From an uncultured Acidobacteriota bacterium (lineage in GTDB: Bacteria; Acidobacteriota; Thermoanaerobaculia; Multivoradales; JAGPDF01), in assembly GCA_963781755.1 (NCBI GenBank), contig CAWAGZ010000008.1, positions 16,153 to 80,152 on the forward strand: a DNA stretch of 64,000 bases, read 5' to 3'. Below, piece after piece: positions 62,491 to 64,000 of the stretch. The notes beneath the pieces were generated by a model. It was not told the origin of the DNA. It saw only the letters and a list, made by a program, of their open reading frames with translations, and ran no database searches. A program made the translations under genes and the position numbers. The stretch's first letter is position 1, and each line of letters starts with the position of its first letter.

Positions 62491-62943
62491 TCACTTGATC
62501 GCGATCTTGTGCGGCTTCGACTCCTCCTGCCTGGGCAGGGAGATGGTCAGCACGCCGTGCTCGAACCGGGCCGCGATCTGATCGGTCCGGACCGTCGCCG
62601 GCAGCGTGAAGGAGCGGCTGAAGCTCCCGTACGAGCGCTCCACGCGGTGGAAGGTCTCGCCCTTGGCCTCCTTCTCGAGCTTGCGCTCACCGGAGAGGGT
62701 CAACACGTTGTTCTCGACCGTGATCGAGACGTCGTCCTTGGTCAGTCCGGGCAGCTCGGCGGTGAGGGTCAGCGCCTCGCCGCTCTCACGGATGTCGACC
62801 GGCGGAGCCCAGACGTGAGCCGAGTACTCCTCGGAGCCGGCGCCCGGTCCCCAGAGGTCGTGCAGCATCTCGTTGAACATGCGGTCCATGCGCCCGCGGA
62901 CCAGGTTGGCCTCGGGGTTCCAGCGAATCAGTCCAGTCGTCAT
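62491..62943 (-). CDS. Hsp20/alpha-crystallin family small heat-shock protein
   Basis: Start at MTTGLIRWNPE… (cat at 62941-62943, AAGGAG RBS); alpha-crystallin domain …AELPGLTKDDVSITVENNVLTLSGER…GVLTISLP…. Confidence 0.9.
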   Translation of the reverse strand: MTTGLIRWNPEANLVRGRMDRMFNEMLHDLWGPGAGSEEYSAHVWAPPVDIRESGEALTLTAELPGLTKDDVSITVENNVLTLSGERKLEKEAKGETFHRVERSYGSFSRSFTLPATVRTDQIAARFEHGVLTISLPRQEESKPHKIAIK

Positions 62944-63024
62944 GGTTTTCTTTCTCCTTTCGGTTCGTATCGTCGGGCGCTCCCCGAATGGGGCCAACGC
63001 CTTTCATGCTCTTTTAACGCTTAG

Positions 63025-63076
63025 ATTTTCGCACACATTTCAGGCGGTGTCAAATTTCTTAGTAGAAGTCGCTAAG
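63025..63076 (-). promoter_or_regulatory. candidate sigma70-type promoter for hsp20 (-35 TTGACA at 63053..63048, 17-bp spacer, -10 GAAAAT at 63030..63025) with adjacent inverted repeat CTTAG-N9-CTAAG (63058-63076). Lies in the AT-richer divergent region shared with the downstream kinase gene.
   Basis: Seen directly on the minus strand; region is conspicuously AT-rich for this genome. Confidence 0.4.
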
Positions 63077-63137
63077 ATCATTTAAGTACAGCGTTTGGAA
63101 TGGTTTGTGCTTCCAGGACCGCCGGGAGAGTGGTATC

Positions 63138-64000
63138 TTGCCCTTCGTGCTGAGGATCGGTAACCGTCGGGCGACCCGCCGGTTCTGGCTCGTGGCCGGG
63201 TTGGTGGGGCTCTTCCTGGTCTTCGATCTGGCGCTGTTCGCTTGGCTGATCTTCCGCTCGCTGTCGCAGCGCGAGCTCGACCGGATCCTGCTCGAGACCC
63301 GGGCGGAGGCCCAGGACCTCGCCGGCCGGCTGAACCGGACGGCGGAGCAGACCGGCGGCGACCTGTTCACCGCGATCGCCCTCGAGCAGGAGACCCAGAC
63401 CTACATCGACTCGGTGCTGCGTCAGCGCCAGATCGTCCAGACGGTCGAGATCACCGACAAGAACGGCGTGCTGGTCATGAAGGAGCGGCGCGAGGCGGAG
63501 ATCTCGCCTCCGGCGCCGCCGCTCCAACCGTCGCAGGAGCTCGGCGCGCATCCGCCCAAGGTCGAGACCCGGACGATCCAGCGCCAGAAGACGCAGGACA
63601 TCCGGCTGCCGAGCAAGGAGCTCGGCACCCTCGACGTGACGGTTCCGATCGGCGAGTTCGGGTCCCTGCGCATCGGTATCAGCCAGGCCGAGATGGAGCG
63701 CCGGGTCGCGGTGCTGCGCCGGGAGCTGCTGCGCCAGACGACGGTGATCGGCGGCCTCACCTTCGTCATCGCGGGCTTCGCCTTCGCCTTGATCTCCGTT
63801 CTCATCCGCCGCGGCGAGAGGCTCGAGGCGCAGGCCGCCGAGGCCGAGCGTCTGGCCTACCTCGGCACGCTCGCGGCCGGGCTCGCGCACGAGATCCGGA
63901 ACCCGCTGAACTCGCTCAACCTCAACATGCAGATGCTCGAGGAGGACCTCGACGAGTCGGTCCGGCCGATCAGCGGCCGGCGCCTGCTGGCGATCACGCG
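63138..64000 (+). CDS. sensor histidine kinase, 3'-truncated at window end (two TM helices, HisKA H-box)
   Basis: Not in the ORF track (no stop inside the window). TTG ~63138 (or GTG ~63147) after GGGAGAG. Translation …FWLVAGLVGLFLVFDLALFAWLIF…TTVIGGLTFVIAGFAFALISVLI…LAAGLAHEIRNPLNSLNL… (H-box). Confidence 0.7.
   Translation, partial: MPFVLRIGNRRATRRFWLVAGLVGLFLVFDLALFAWLIFRSLSQRELDRILLETRAEAQDLAGRLNRTAEQTGGDLFTAIALEQETQTYIDSVLRQRQIVQTVEITDKNGVLVMKERREAEISPPAPPLQPSQELGAHPPKVETRTIQRQKTQDIRLPSKELGTLDVTVPIGEFGSLRIGISQAEMERRVAVLRRELLRQTTVIGGLTFVIAGFAFALISVLIRRGERLEAQAAEAERLAYLGTLAAGLAHEIRNPLNSLNLNMQMLEEDLDESVRPISGRRLLAIT

Noticed and set aside
59684-62581. ORF 59684..62581 (+, 965 aa) and 59700..62312 (-, 870 aa, alternative frame) across the ABC transporter genes
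   Set aside because: Antisense or out-of-frame to three ABC-transporter genes with clear permease and SBP features; composition artefacts.
63058-63076. Inverted repeat upstream of hsp20 considered as a CIRCE (HrcA) or HAIR (HspR) element; also a sigma32 -10 (CCCCATTCG) in the leader
   Set aside because: Sequence does not match TTAGCACTC-N9-GAGTGCTAA or CTTGAGT-N7-ACTCAAG. The CCCCAT element has no properly spaced TTGAAA -35 (spacing 8 or 18). Kept only as a generic operator/hairpin candidate.

Overview
Very GC-rich (~70%+) bacterial chromosomal segment. The TIGR03436-like VWA proteins and the DUF1501/DUF1800 pair suggest Acidobacteria or a relative; this is an inference, not a measurement. 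Coding density is high and I saw no rRNA, tRNA or CRISPR. Coordinates taken from the ORF track are firm; start sites and motif positions I placed by eye may be off by 1-3 nt.

The dominant feature is a phosphate-homeostasis supercluster from about 6.2 to 30.4 kb:
- minus strand: DUF47-pit, ppx, phoR-like kinase, OprO/P-type porin, phoU, pstSCAB
- plus strand: ppk1
- minus strand: phoB-like regulator-sixA-like-CHAD operon.

Embedded inside this cluster is a lipid/glycolipid-modification module: two SDRs, a PHP-phosphoesterase::GT4 fusion, a PlsC-like::GNAT-like (OlsF-like) bifunctional acyltransferase, a PAP2 phosphatase and a second GT4. I propose this is a Pi-starvation membrane-lipid remodelling system with an unusual PHP-GT fusion.

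Other notable points:
- a secreted Cys/His/Met-rich protein built from four 33-bp tandem coding repeats (DCPRHGxxKGM), next to a second Cys-rich secreted ORF and a Ser/Thr kinase
- a ~100-bp conserved promoter block with an 18-bp palindrome shared by the phoR and phoB promoters
- a family of ~95-bp structured intergenic repeats
- mnmA running without a stop into a signal-peptide/TonB-C protein
- apparent +1 frameshifts in three conserved genes (olsF-like, VWA paralog, gcvP).

The rest is housekeeping: M16 peptidases, iscS-mnmA, rsmI, ada, nadE plus a split nitrilase, gcvTHP, LOG, queA, an Opp/Dpp-type ABC importer, hsp20 and two partial kinases at the window edges.
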